Of a stretch of DNA of 14,407 nt, positions 1 through 8,170 are shown piece by piece (the first letter of the stretch is position 1; each line of letters begins with the position of its first letter). A program made the position numbers and the translations under genes. The notes under the pieces were generated by a model, which was given only the letters and a program-made list of their open reading frames with translations, searched no databases and was not told the DNA's origin. This DNA is from Calditrichaceae bacterium. Its GTDB lineage: Bacteria; Calditrichota; Calditrichia; Calditrichales; JBFXGD01. The stretch spans positions 1 through 14,407 of the forward strand of contig JBFXGD010000083.1 in the NCBI GenBank assembly GCA_050178385.1, written 5' to 3'.

Positions 1-13
1 TAACCACCATCCG

Positions 14-3000
14 TCACTCTTTGTATTTATCACCCCATAGCCTTACTTTAATATTATCACCCATTTGTTCAAATATAATATAACCAATCGGAATAATCAG
101 CAGTGTCAGCAGTGTACTGGGTGTCAGGCCGCCGATGACCGCTCTGGCCAGCGGTGCCCAGCTTTCAGAACCGGAACCAATCTCAAGGGCGAGAGGTACC
201 ATACCGAGAATCGTTGTCAACGCCGTCATTAAGACAGGCCGTAACCGGACCTTTCCCCCCTCTTCCACCGCGTCGTAGAGATCATGTCCACCACGTCTTC
301 TCTGATTTATATAATCAACCATTACGATTCCGTTATTTACAACAATTCCGGTAAGCATCACAAGACCGACGAGTGCCATCACGCTTATGGTGGTTCCCGT
401 GATAAAAAGAGCGAGAAAAACACCTATTATTGACAGCGGAACGGTGAACATAATGATAAAAGGATCGATGAGCGATTCAAACTGCGAGGCCATGATCATG
501 TAAACCAGAAGGATCGCCGCAAAAAAAGCGATGGTCAGATAATAAAATGATTCGGCCTGGTCTTCCGCCGATCCTCCAATCACAATCTGGTATTCAATCG
601 GGATGGGAGTATCCCGGATAATTTCATTGATTTTTGTTACCGCCCCGGATAAATCTATTCCTGAAAGTTCGCATCCCACCGACACATACCGTTCCTGATT
701 CTCTCTGAAAATGGTGGTTGGGGATGTACTTTGCTCGATTTTGGCTACCTGCTGCAGAGGGATCATTTTACCGTTTATGGTCGGGAGCAGAAGATTAGAC
801 AGCGCTTCCCTTTGCTCACGGAACGGCTTATCGAGTTGAACAAAAACATTATACTCGTCTCCACCCTCCCGGTATTGCGCGGCCACTTTCCCCTGTATGG
901 CGGTTGAAATCATATCAGCCACCTGAAACGCGCTTAATCTTAGATCATTCAGACGGTTGCGGTCGGGAATGATGCGCAGCTCCTGGCTCCCCTCCTGCAT
1001 GTTGATATCAATATCAACCAGCCCGGGAATCTGTTCCATCCGCTTTTTTATCTGCTCCGCGATGGTCTTTGATTTCAACAGATCATATCCGAATATTTTT
1101 ACTTCGACCGCCCGCTGGGTCGAGAAGGAACCGGGTTGTATAAACTGATAGGTGATGCCGGGAATTCTGTCAAACGATTCGCGCAGCTCACTCTCGATTT
1201 CCTTTTGGCTTCTGCTGCGATCTTCTTTTGGAGAAAGTCGGATCCTCAGGTTTATTCCATGGCTTCCGGATGCTCCGAAAAGAGAGAAAATTCCTTCCGT
1301 GCTTCCAAATAATGCAAAGATATCGGACGCTTCAGGAACTTTTTCTTTGACGATATTTTCTATTTCCAGAACACTGAGCCGGGTCTTGTCCAGCGGGGTG
1401 CCCCTCTCTCTGTTAATCGTGACCGAAATAAAGCCCTGATCATCATGCGGAAGAAACTCACCGCCGAGAAACGGGATCAACCCCAATGAACCAATAAACA
1501 AAATCGTTGTCATCAACAGCACTATTTTTTTATGGTACAGCGACCAGTGCAGAATTTTGCCGTACCGGGTAGTTAATCTTTCAAGGAAATTGGTAATCCA
1601 TGTTTTTAGTTTTTTTAGCCGGATCCGGGGCATTTCCTTGTCAGTTAACAGGATTTTGGATGAGAGCATGGGGACAAGAGTCAACGCGATAATAAGTGAT
1701 GCAAACAGACTGAATGTAATTGTCACAACCATGTCATTGAACAGTTCACCCGCGATTCCGGGAACAAATAGCACCGGTAAAAACACTCCGATGGTCGTCA
1801 GAGTCGAGGCGGTGATCGCCATACCGACTTCTGAAGCGCCGCTGGACGCGGCCTCGGTCAGTTCCCGGCCATCTTCCCGGTAGCGGTAAATATTTTCCAG
1901 TACCACAATGGAGTTGTCCACAAGCATACCAATGGCCAGGGCAAGTCCGGCCATTGAAATAATGTTTACCGTCAGATTAGACAGCATCATAACCGCAAAA
2001 GTGGAAATAACAGAAATGGGAATGGCTAAGCCCATTATCAGGCTTCCCCTGATATTCCGCAGGAAAAAATATATCACTAAAAATGCCAGTATAAAAGCAA
2101 TCACCGCTGTTTTGCCGAGATTGCTGACCGCAAGCAGAATGTATTCCGACTGATCATAAACAACCTTGAACTCCGTACCTTCGGGTAAAATCGCTTTTAT
2201 CGCTGGCAGAACTTCTGTTACGTTCCGGCAGGCCTGAACCGTATTGGCGTCCGATTGTTTAAAAAGACGCATATAAACGCTTTGATTGTAGTTCGCCCTG
2301 ACATCACCGATGAGCTCTTTGTATCCGTTTTCGACTTTTGCTATGTCTTCAACTTTCAGCGGATAATTATTTTCATATTTAATGATGGTCTTTTTTATCT
2401 GATCGATTGAATTATATTCGCTCAAAATACGCAGATTAAAATTTGTCGTGGATGTCTCAATCTTGCCGGCGGGGAATAATCCGCTTTGCGCCCTGATCGC
2501 GTTCACTACATCCAAAGGTGAAAGATTGTGAGCCGCAAGCAGAACGGGATTAAGATTAATATTAACCTGACGCTCGAGACCTCCCTGGGTTTCAACACTG
2601 GCCACACCCTCCACACGCTCCAGCAATGGTTCGATTCGTTCTTCACCAAGTTGCCGAAGTTCGGCCGGTCCGAGATATGGGGAGTTCAAAAGCATGAACA
2701 TAATAGGCGCCATTCCCGGGTCAAACGCAAAGGTAATCGGATCATCTGATTCATCGGGCAGAAAACCGCGGATCAGATCGATTCTTTTTCTGACATCCGC
2801 CTCCGCCTGGTCGATGTCTGTACCCCAGTCAAATTCAAGAATCACAAGACTGATCCCCTGGGAACTTTGGGAAGTTACTTTTTTTACGTTTTTTGTTGCG
2901 GAAACGGCTTCCTCAATGGTGCGGCTGATAAGATTTTCAATATCTTCGGGTCCAACCCCTGAATACTGTGTAATAATACCAATCACAGGAAAGTCGATTT

Positions 3001-3115
3001 CAGGAAACAGATCAACTTTTAACTGCGAATATGAGAAAATTGCAAATCCGATGATGATGAGATACATCATCGTAAGCGTAACACGTTTTTTTATTGAAAT
3101 TTCTACCAGTTTCAT
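14..3115 (-). CDS. RND-family efflux transporter, permease subunit (AcrB/AcrD/AcrF family, SwrC-like)
   Basis: 1033-aa ORF with RND hallmarks: N-terminal TM then 'DLFPEIDFP', 'GPEDIENLISRTIEEAV', TM4 'GLALAIGMLVDNSIVVLENI', 'EFLP..DQG', TM10 'GIVVNNGIV', 'RLRPVLMT'. SD-like GAGAGG upstream on the minus strand. Confidence 0.95.
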   Translation of the reverse strand: MKLVEISIKKRVTLTMMYLIIIGFAIFSYSQLKVDLFPEIDFPVIGIITQYSGVGPEDIENLISRTIEEAVSATKNVKKVTSQSSQGISLVILEFDWGTDIDQAEADVRKRIDLIRGFLPDESDDPITFAFDPGMAPIMFMLLNSPYLGPAELRQLGEERIEPLLERVEGVASVETQGGLERQVNINLNPVLLAAHNLSPLDVVNAIRAQSGLFPAGKIETSTTNFNLRILSEYNSIDQIKKTIIKYENNYPLKVEDIAKVENGYKELIGDVRANYNQSVYMRLFKQSDANTVQACRNVTEVLPAIKAILPEGTEFKVVYDQSEYILLAVSNLGKTAVIAFILAFLVIYFFLRNIRGSLIMGLAIPISVISTFAVMMLSNLTVNIISMAGLALAIGMLVDNSIVVLENIYRYREDGRELTEAASSGASEVGMAITASTLTTIGVFLPVLFVPGIAGELFNDMVVTITFSLFASLIIALTLVPMLSSKILLTDKEMPRIRLKKLKTWITNFLERLTTRYGKILHWSLYHKKIVLLMTTILFIGSLGLIPFLGGEFLPHDDQGFISVTINRERGTPLDKTRLSVLEIENIVKEKVPEASDIFALFGSTEGIFSLFGASGSHGINLRIRLSPKEDRSRSQKEIESELRESFDRIPGITYQFIQPGSFSTQRAVEVKIFGYDLLKSKTIAEQIKKRMEQIPGLVDIDINMQEGSQELRIIPDRNRLNDLRLSAFQVADMISTAIQGKVAAQYREGGDEYNVFVQLDKPFREQREALSNLLLPTINGKMIPLQQVAKIEQSTSPTTIFRENQERYVSVGCELSGIDLSGAVTKINEIIRDTPIPIEYQIVIGGSAEDQAESFYYLTIAFFAAILLVYMIMASQFESLIDPFIIMFTVPLSIIGVFLALFITGTTISVMALVGLVMLTGIVVNNGIVMVDYINQRRRGGHDLYDAVEEGGKVRLRPVLMTALTTILGMVPLALEIGSGSESWAPLARAVIGGLTPSTLLTLLIIPIGYIIFEQMGDNIKVRLWGDKYKE

Positions 3116-3170
3116 TAAAACCTCTCGGGATTAAAAATTGTGCTTCCATTGAAAATATACAGGCACTTTG

Positions 3171-4283
3171 TCACCGCGGCGCGATAATATTTACCTCTTG
3201 TCCTTCCTTTACTATTTGCTGACCAACGACAATTACCTGATCATCTTTCTTCAGTCCGTCGGTGATTTCAATCCTGCTGTTTTCCTGAAGACCGGTCATA
3301 ACTTCCACTAATCGGGCCGTGTCGCTTTCGGCAATAAAAACATAAAACCGCTGATGCGTATAGGTTTGTCCCGTGTTCGGATCTACTTTTACCTCAGTTC
3401 TCCGGATCAGCGCGTTATCGGGGATTACAAAAGTATTTGTTCGCATCTCAATTTCAATGCTGAATTGTCCGTACATGCCTGATTTAAGTTCACGATGGAT
3501 GTTGTCGAATATGGCCTCCGCTTCCGCGGTTCGGCTGATCGCGTCGATTGCCGGATTTATACGGGTAATTCTGCCGGAATATATCTTCTCCGGAAGGGGA
3601 GGAAATTCCGCGTAAACGGTTTGTCCCTGTTTTAATTTATTCATAAAGATATCGGAGATATTGAGTTTCGCTCTCATTAAATCAGTATTGATAATTTTAG
3701 CCACCGGCTGGCCCGCCGGCACCATCTGACCGATTTCGAACAGGAGACTGCCGACTATCCCGTCGAAAGGGGCCTTAATATAGGTGTTTTCAAACTGTTC
3801 CTTTGTCTGCGCATAGGCGGCCCGCAGCTGAGCCAGAGTGGCTTCGGATTCCTGCAAAGCGGATCTTGTTTTTTCCCATTGCTGCTCACTAACAGCTTTT
3901 TCACTGTAAAGTCTTTTATAGCGGTCATAATCCTGTTTGACCTGATCGTATCTTGCCTGCATGGATTGAAAAGATGCCTCCGCCTGTTTCATGGCCTGTT
4001 CCCAGATTTTATTTTCCAGTACTGCGATGACTTCATCTTTTTTTATCTTGCTGCCCACAGGTTTGATAATTCTGTCCAGCTTTTCCGAAACCTGGCTGTA
4101 GACGAAGGCGTCATTCATGGCTTCAAGGTTACCTGTGATTTCAATGTTTGTGGAAATGGAGTCGGGGCGAATTTGGTAAACCTGGACAGGTACAACGATC
4201 TTTTTCAGTTCTTCATTATTTTGACTGCATCCTGTTAAAAGTATCAGAATAATCCAAATGAGACTCGCAGAGACTTTATTCAT
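3171..4283 (-). CDS. Efflux RND periplasmic adaptor subunit (membrane fusion protein), probable lipoprotein
   Basis: 370 aa; signal peptide with lipobox 'LTGC'; lipoyl halves and coiled-coil hairpin; 'IKAPFDGIV', 'L.SGMY', 'IEITDGLKKDDQVIV.G'. Start overlaps the stop of the TolC-family gene by 8 bp; AGGAG upstream. Confidence 0.93.
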   Translation of the reverse strand: MNKVSASLIWIILILLTGCSQNNEELKKIVVPVQVYQIRPDSISTNIEITGNLEAMNDAFVYSQVSEKLDRIIKPVGSKIKKDEVIAVLENKIWEQAMKQAEASFQSMQARYDQVKQDYDRYKRLYSEKAVSEQQWEKTRSALQESEATLAQLRAAYAQTKEQFENTYIKAPFDGIVGSLLFEIGQMVPAGQPVAKIINTDLMRAKLNISDIFMNKLKQGQTVYAEFPPLPEKIYSGRITRINPAIDAISRTAEAEAIFDNIHRELKSGMYGQFSIEIEMRTNTFVIPDNALIRRTEVKVDPNTGQTYTHQRFYVFIAESDTARLVEVMTGLQENSRIEITDGLKKDDQVIVVGQQIVKEGQEVNIIAPR

Positions 4284-5658
4284 GATTATTCTCCTGTTGA
4301 TTCCATATAGTTTTGAGTTTTCCGATTGATCTTAGCAAACGCAGCTGAGAGACATTATATTGATAGATGCCGTTTCGGTATTCTTCTTCACTGGTGATAA
4401 ATGAGAGCTGGGCGGTAAGGACTTCCACCTGGGTGATGATTCCCTCGCGGTAATTAAGATCGGCAAGCCGCAGCGCTTCCTTTGTTTCCTCCGAAGCTTC
4501 CTTTAGACTAACAAGATTAGTACGGGCCTCCCTGAATCGGTTGTAATTATTCTCAACATCGAGATAAATCGATTTTTTTAGCAAATCCAGTTGAATAGCG
4601 GATTGCTTGTTTTTGATTTTGGATTGCTGCAGGTCGATTAAACGTTTTCCCCCCTCAAAAAGCGGAAGCTGAACGGACAATGTCGCGCTTTTAACCCTGA
4701 TATAATCCTCTGATGATACATCGCTGGTGTTTGACTGTGCCTGATGCTGAACTGACGCGTTCATGGCAACCGAAGGCAGAAATCTCGAAGCAGCAATAAT
4801 TCTCTGATCACCCACAGCTTTGTTTTGGAATTCCATACCGGCAATATCAGGCCGGTCTGTGATGGCGTTTTCCTGAAGTTCGGACAATGGGGACAGGTTG
4901 TTCTCATCAAGAAACATCATTTGTTTTAACTGATCCAGTACTACGAGAGAGTCATCTTTATCGATGTTCAGAAGAAATTTAAGATTCTGCTCCGCCATTT
5001 TTTTTGAGTTAACCGCTGTTGTCATAGGGGGCAGCGTGGATGAATACCTCGCTTTAGCCCTCAGATAATCCAGTTTTGACGCCGCGCCGGCTTCATAAAA
5101 TTTCTCCACCTGATCGAGATTCGCCTTCGCTGCTTCAACGGACTGACTGTTCACATCGATCAGACTGGAAGCGAGCATGAGATTGAAGTATGCTTCAAGG
5201 GATTGAAGCACGATATCATCTTCCTTATCCCGCAGTTGTTCCCGGACTGATTTTTTGAGATTTTTCTGAATTCGCCAGTTCGCGAAACGCGATCCTCCGG
5301 TGAAAATCGGAAGGCTCAACTGAAACGCGTGGGTAAAATTGTAATCCGCGCCGACGCGGACTTCCTGTCTTACTGTCTGTCCCATTTCCTGGATTTCAAA
5401 AACGAAGACCGGCAATTCGATGTTTTTTGTAACCTGATACTGATAATCCACCGATGGAAGAAAATCTGAGATCGCTTTCCATTCGTTATATTTCTGATAC
5501 TGATATTCCTTTTTTTGAATAGCCAGGTCCAGATTTTCGATCCTGCTGATCCCGACAACATCATTCCATGTGAGCACGATTGTGTTTTGTGCTGAAGCGG
5601 GATTGATGAGTGAACCGGTTAAAAAAACTATTAAAAAATATGGGAAAAGCCTCAGCAT
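4276..5658 (-). CDS. TolC-family outer membrane efflux protein
   Basis: 460 aa; signal peptide ending 'ASA'; two OEP repeats ('LSLPIFTGG'/'VQLPLFEGG', 'FYEAGAASKLD'/'NYREGIITQVEVL'); GGAGG RBS upstream; first gene of the OMF-MFP-RND operon. Confidence 0.92.
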   Translation of the reverse strand: MLRLFPYFLIVFLTGSLINPASAQNTIVLTWNDVVGISRIENLDLAIQKKEYQYQKYNEWKAISDFLPSVDYQYQVTKNIELPVFVFEIQEMGQTVRQEVRVGADYNFTHAFQLSLPIFTGGSRFANWRIQKNLKKSVREQLRDKEDDIVLQSLEAYFNLMLASSLIDVNSQSVEAAKANLDQVEKFYEAGAASKLDYLRAKARYSSTLPPMTTAVNSKKMAEQNLKFLLNIDKDDSLVVLDQLKQMMFLDENNLSPLSELQENAITDRPDIAGMEFQNKAVGDQRIIAASRFLPSVAMNASVQHQAQSNTSDVSSEDYIRVKSATLSVQLPLFEGGKRLIDLQQSKIKNKQSAIQLDLLKKSIYLDVENNYNRFREARTNLVSLKEASEETKEALRLADLNYREGIITQVEVLTAQLSFITSEEEYRNGIYQYNVSQLRLLRSIGKLKTIWNQQENNHE

Positions 5659-5888
5659 AGTTACCTCCGCTGATTCAGATTAGAGAAAATGTGATTTTTT
5701 CAAAAATCTATGAGAATATCTGTTTTTGATAATTAATTGTACTTTTACTCAACGTAATGTATAAATATTTCATTCGATTTATTGTACTTTGGATTATATT
5801 TGCGTAAATCATGACACACGGAGATGGATTTGATATTTAACAGATATGCCGGCATTTTTGTAAAGTTCTCCGGTTTGATTAAATAATG

Positions 5889-6080
5889 TTTAATTTACCG
5901 ACCTTCCGGTAAACCGGTCAACATGTAAATTAAAAACCGCCGGCCTTTGACAGACAGCGATAAGCGCGCATAAACAGAGATTTATCGCGGTGATTATTGA
6001 ATTATCGGCGCGTGGGTCCAGACTCGGCAGGGGACAGCCTGTAGTGAGAAGGGATTCAATTCCTATTAAATGAATCTCTT
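5889..6080 (+). other. Block of inverted repeats in the divergent intergenic region; candidate structured ncRNA/leader or operator array
   Basis: Stems: 5889-5898/5925-5934 (10 bp perfect), 5938-5943/6005-6010, 5957-5963/5982-5988, 6049-6058/6071-6080. No RNA family recognised. Confidence 0.35.
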
Positions 6081-6107
6081 GCATTATTTTTAGTAAATTT
6101 GTAAAAT
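6079..6107 (+). promoter_or_regulatory. Putative sigma70-type promoter for the cutA operon
   Basis: TTGCAT (6079-6084), 17 bp, TAAAAT (6102-6107); ends 27 bp before the cutA ATG; AGGTG SD-like element before the ATG. Confidence 0.6.
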
Positions 6108-6134
6108 TATTTAGTAATCATTATAGGTGTATTC

Positions 6135-6458
6135 ATGAAAGATAATGCGATTATTGTATTCTGTACTGTCCCATCACCTGAGATCGCTGACATCATAGCT
6201 TCAAAAATCGTCGTAAATAAGCTTGCCGCGTGTTGTAATATTCTTCCGGGAATTAAATCCATTTACCGTTGGAAAGGAAAAATAGAGTCCAGTAATGAAT
6301 TATTGTTGCTGATAAAATCTACTGAAAATAATTTCAAACGGCTCGAAAGCGAAATTAGCATTCTGCATCCCTATGAGGTGCCTGAAATTATTTCGGTGCC
6401 GGTTCAGAACGGTCTTTCCGATTATGTGGAATGGATCAAACAAAACACGATAAGGTAA
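6135..6458 (+). CDS. cutA: Divalent-cation tolerance protein CutA (PII-like trimer)
   Basis: 107 aa with CutA signatures 'LAACCNILPGIKSIYRWKGKIE', 'E.LLLIKS', 'HPYEVPEII'. Confidence 0.95.
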   Translation: MKDNAIIVFCTVPSPEIADIIASKIVVNKLAACCNILPGIKSIYRWKGKIESSNELLLLIKSTENNFKRLESEISILHPYEVPEIISVPVQNGLSDYVEWIKQNTIR

Positions 6459-7361
6459 ATGATGAAAAAATCATTTGAAAATATCATGCATGATAATCAC
6501 TCCGGTTCACTTTCTCTGACAAAAAAGATGCTGAATCTTTTCAGAGAAGAATTGAAATCCGCGGATTCTAACGCGACACCGGCTGATGATATCTACAAAT
6601 CTTTGCAGAATATGTCCAAGTTGCTTATCAAGCGTCAGCCCAATATGGTGCTTCTGCGGAAGACGAGCAGCGCGTTGTTGTTGTATTTTAAGAGAAGCCT
6701 TAATTCAGATAAGCAGCTGCATGAAGTAGTTGAATCCATTCAGGGGAAAATCGACCTGTTGGAAGAAGAGCTGGATAAGAATGTCGAAACAATTTCTCAG
6801 CTCGGATCAAAGATTATCGCTAATTTTAATAAAGTGATGACCCTCAGCAACAGTACGATGGTCAGAAACATTCTTCTGACCGCTTCCCGCCATAAGCGGA
6901 AGTTTGATGTTTTCTGCCTCAAGAGTCATCCCCCGGACGAAGGCGCTATTCTTGCTGAAGAATTGGCAAGACAGAACATCAAAACAACTTTGATTCCGGA
7001 TACGGGCGCCGGGTTTTTTATGCCGGAAATGAATCTTGTCCTACTGGGCGCTGACAGGCTGTATGAAACAGGGTTTGTCAATAAACTTGGAAGCCTCCAG
7101 CTCTGCCTGGCGGCAAAATTTTTGAATGTTCCTGTATATCTGGCGGTAGAGACCACAAAAATTTTAATCGAAAGTGAACGCGCCATTAAAATTGCTTACC
7201 AGAATCCAGACGAAGTGTATGAAAGCAAAAGTAAAAGCAAAGATCTGGATATACAAAATGTGTACTTTGAGAAAGTGCCTATAAGTCTTGTGCATAAAGT
7301 TATCTGCGAAAATGGAGTTTTTGAAACAAGCGAGTTTATAAACTGGTATCTAAAGGAGTAA
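6459..7361 (+). CDS. IF-2B (eIF2B alpha/beta/delta) / ribose-1,5-bisphosphate isomerase family protein, probably not a canonical isomerase
   Basis: 300 aa; 'RQPNM', 'TLSNSTMV', 'SHPPDEG..LA..L', 'TLIPD', 'VLLGADRL', 'VNKLGS..L.LAAK..NVPVY', 'FEKVP..LV..VICENG' follow the IF-2B family pattern. ATG directly follows the cutA stop. Confidence 0.85.
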   Translation: MMKKSFENIMHDNHSGSLSLTKKMLNLFREELKSADSNATPADDIYKSLQNMSKLLIKRQPNMVLLRKTSSALLLYFKRSLNSDKQLHEVVESIQGKIDLLEEELDKNVETISQLGSKIIANFNKVMTLSNSTMVRNILLTASRHKRKFDVFCLKSHPPDEGAILAEELARQNIKTTLIPDTGAGFFMPEMNLVLLGADRLYETGFVNKLGSLQLCLAAKFLNVPVYLAVETTKILIESERAIKIAYQNPDEVYESKSKSKDLDIQNVYFEKVPISLVHKVICENGVFETSEFINWYLKE

Positions 7362-7367
7362 GGAATT

Positions 7368-7577
7368 ATGCCATCGGGAACGTTTATGATTGAAATTTCC
7401 ACCAGAAATCAGATTGATATTCCGGCGGAGATAGTAAATCGCTTAAAACTGAATGAAGGGGATAAGGTCGAGATTTTAATAAAAAAAATCCGGTCGAAGA
7501 GAATGGATATAAATATCACGAAAAATCCGCTGATGAAATTGCTTGAACTTTCAGCGGAGGAGCCTGCAGAACTATGA
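7368..7577 (+). CDS. AbrB/MazE/SpoVT-family DNA-binding protein, putative antitoxin (VapB-like)
   Basis: 69 aa; 'ISTRNQIDIPAEIVNRLKLNEGDKVEI' fits the AbrB swapped-hairpin motif; RBS AAGGAGTAAGGA; ATGA overlap with the PIN gene. Confidence 0.8.
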   Translation: MPSGTFMIEISTRNQIDIPAEIVNRLKLNEGDKVEILIKKIRSKRMDINITKNPLMKLLELSAEEPAEL

Positions 7578-8005
7578 AAATAATGACTAGTTTTATCGAT
7601 ACTTCTGCCTGGATTGCAATCATCGACAAAAATGATCCCGAACATGAAAGGGCCACAGCATATTTTAAGAGTCTCATTGAGAACGACGCCAAAATTTTCA
7701 CCAATAATATCATAATCGACGAAACAGTAAACCATATCAGAGTAAATCTCGGGAACGATCTGGCGAGGCGGTTTTTGTCGATTATCGAAGAAAGTATTCT
7801 GACTATCAATCTGAGATCGGACTGGATTTCGCGCAGGGTCAGGAAAAACGGACTTAATTTTTGTCTAAAATCGAATGATAAAGAACTTGAACTCAGACAT
7901 TATTTTATAAGGGAAACCCTTAAAAGAAAAAGAGTAGATATTATTTTTTCATTTGACCGAAAGTTGAAATCTTTCGGACTGCCACTAGTGCCCCAGGCGG
8001 ATTGA
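7574..8005 (+). CDS. vapC: PIN-domain protein, VapC-like (third acidic residue apparently replaced)
   Basis: 143 aa; 'FIDTSAWIA..D..D..H..A', 'TNNIIIDET', 'IFSFDR'; directly downstream of an AbrB-type gene. Confidence 0.85.
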   Translation: MKIMTSFIDTSAWIAIIDKNDPEHERATAYFKSLIENDAKIFTNNIIIDETVNHIRVNLGNDLARRFLSIIEESILTINLRSDWISRRVRKNGLNFCLKSNDKELELRHYFIRETLKRKRVDIIFSFDRKLKSFGLPLVPQAD

Positions 8006-8170
8006 ACGCAGGGTAAATTGATCTTATCCGGAGCTATGTTTCCTGCATATCCGTTGGATGTTTAACAAAGACTCCAAATTACATTTTTGAATTTATTTAT
8101 TGTCATATTGATATTCTCCGTTCCGGAGTTCATTGAGAACAAAGTGGGGAAGAGGAAGGGATAGCGCAAA

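Noticed and set aside
3122..3129. CCCGAGAG shared between the RND ribosome-binding region and the candidate sRNA
   Set aside because: An 8-nt same-sense match is expected by chance and cannot mediate antisense pairing.
154..4238. Multiple plus-strand ORFs of 63-146 aa inside the RND and MFP genes
   Set aside because: Antisense shadows of well-supported minus-strand genes; no recognisable motifs.
6014..6040. Resemblance of GGTCCAGACTCGGCAGGGGACAGCC to the SRP RNA helix 8 motif, and of the reverse strand to a cobalamin riboswitch
   Set aside because: The SRP core (CAGG...GNRA...AGCA) is not matched, there is no B12 box, and no 6S-like end-to-end pairing was found.
5890..6084. 64-aa minus-strand ORF in the intergenic region
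   Set aside because: No convincing RBS or protein motif; it coincides with the hairpin block and overlaps the cutA -35 box.
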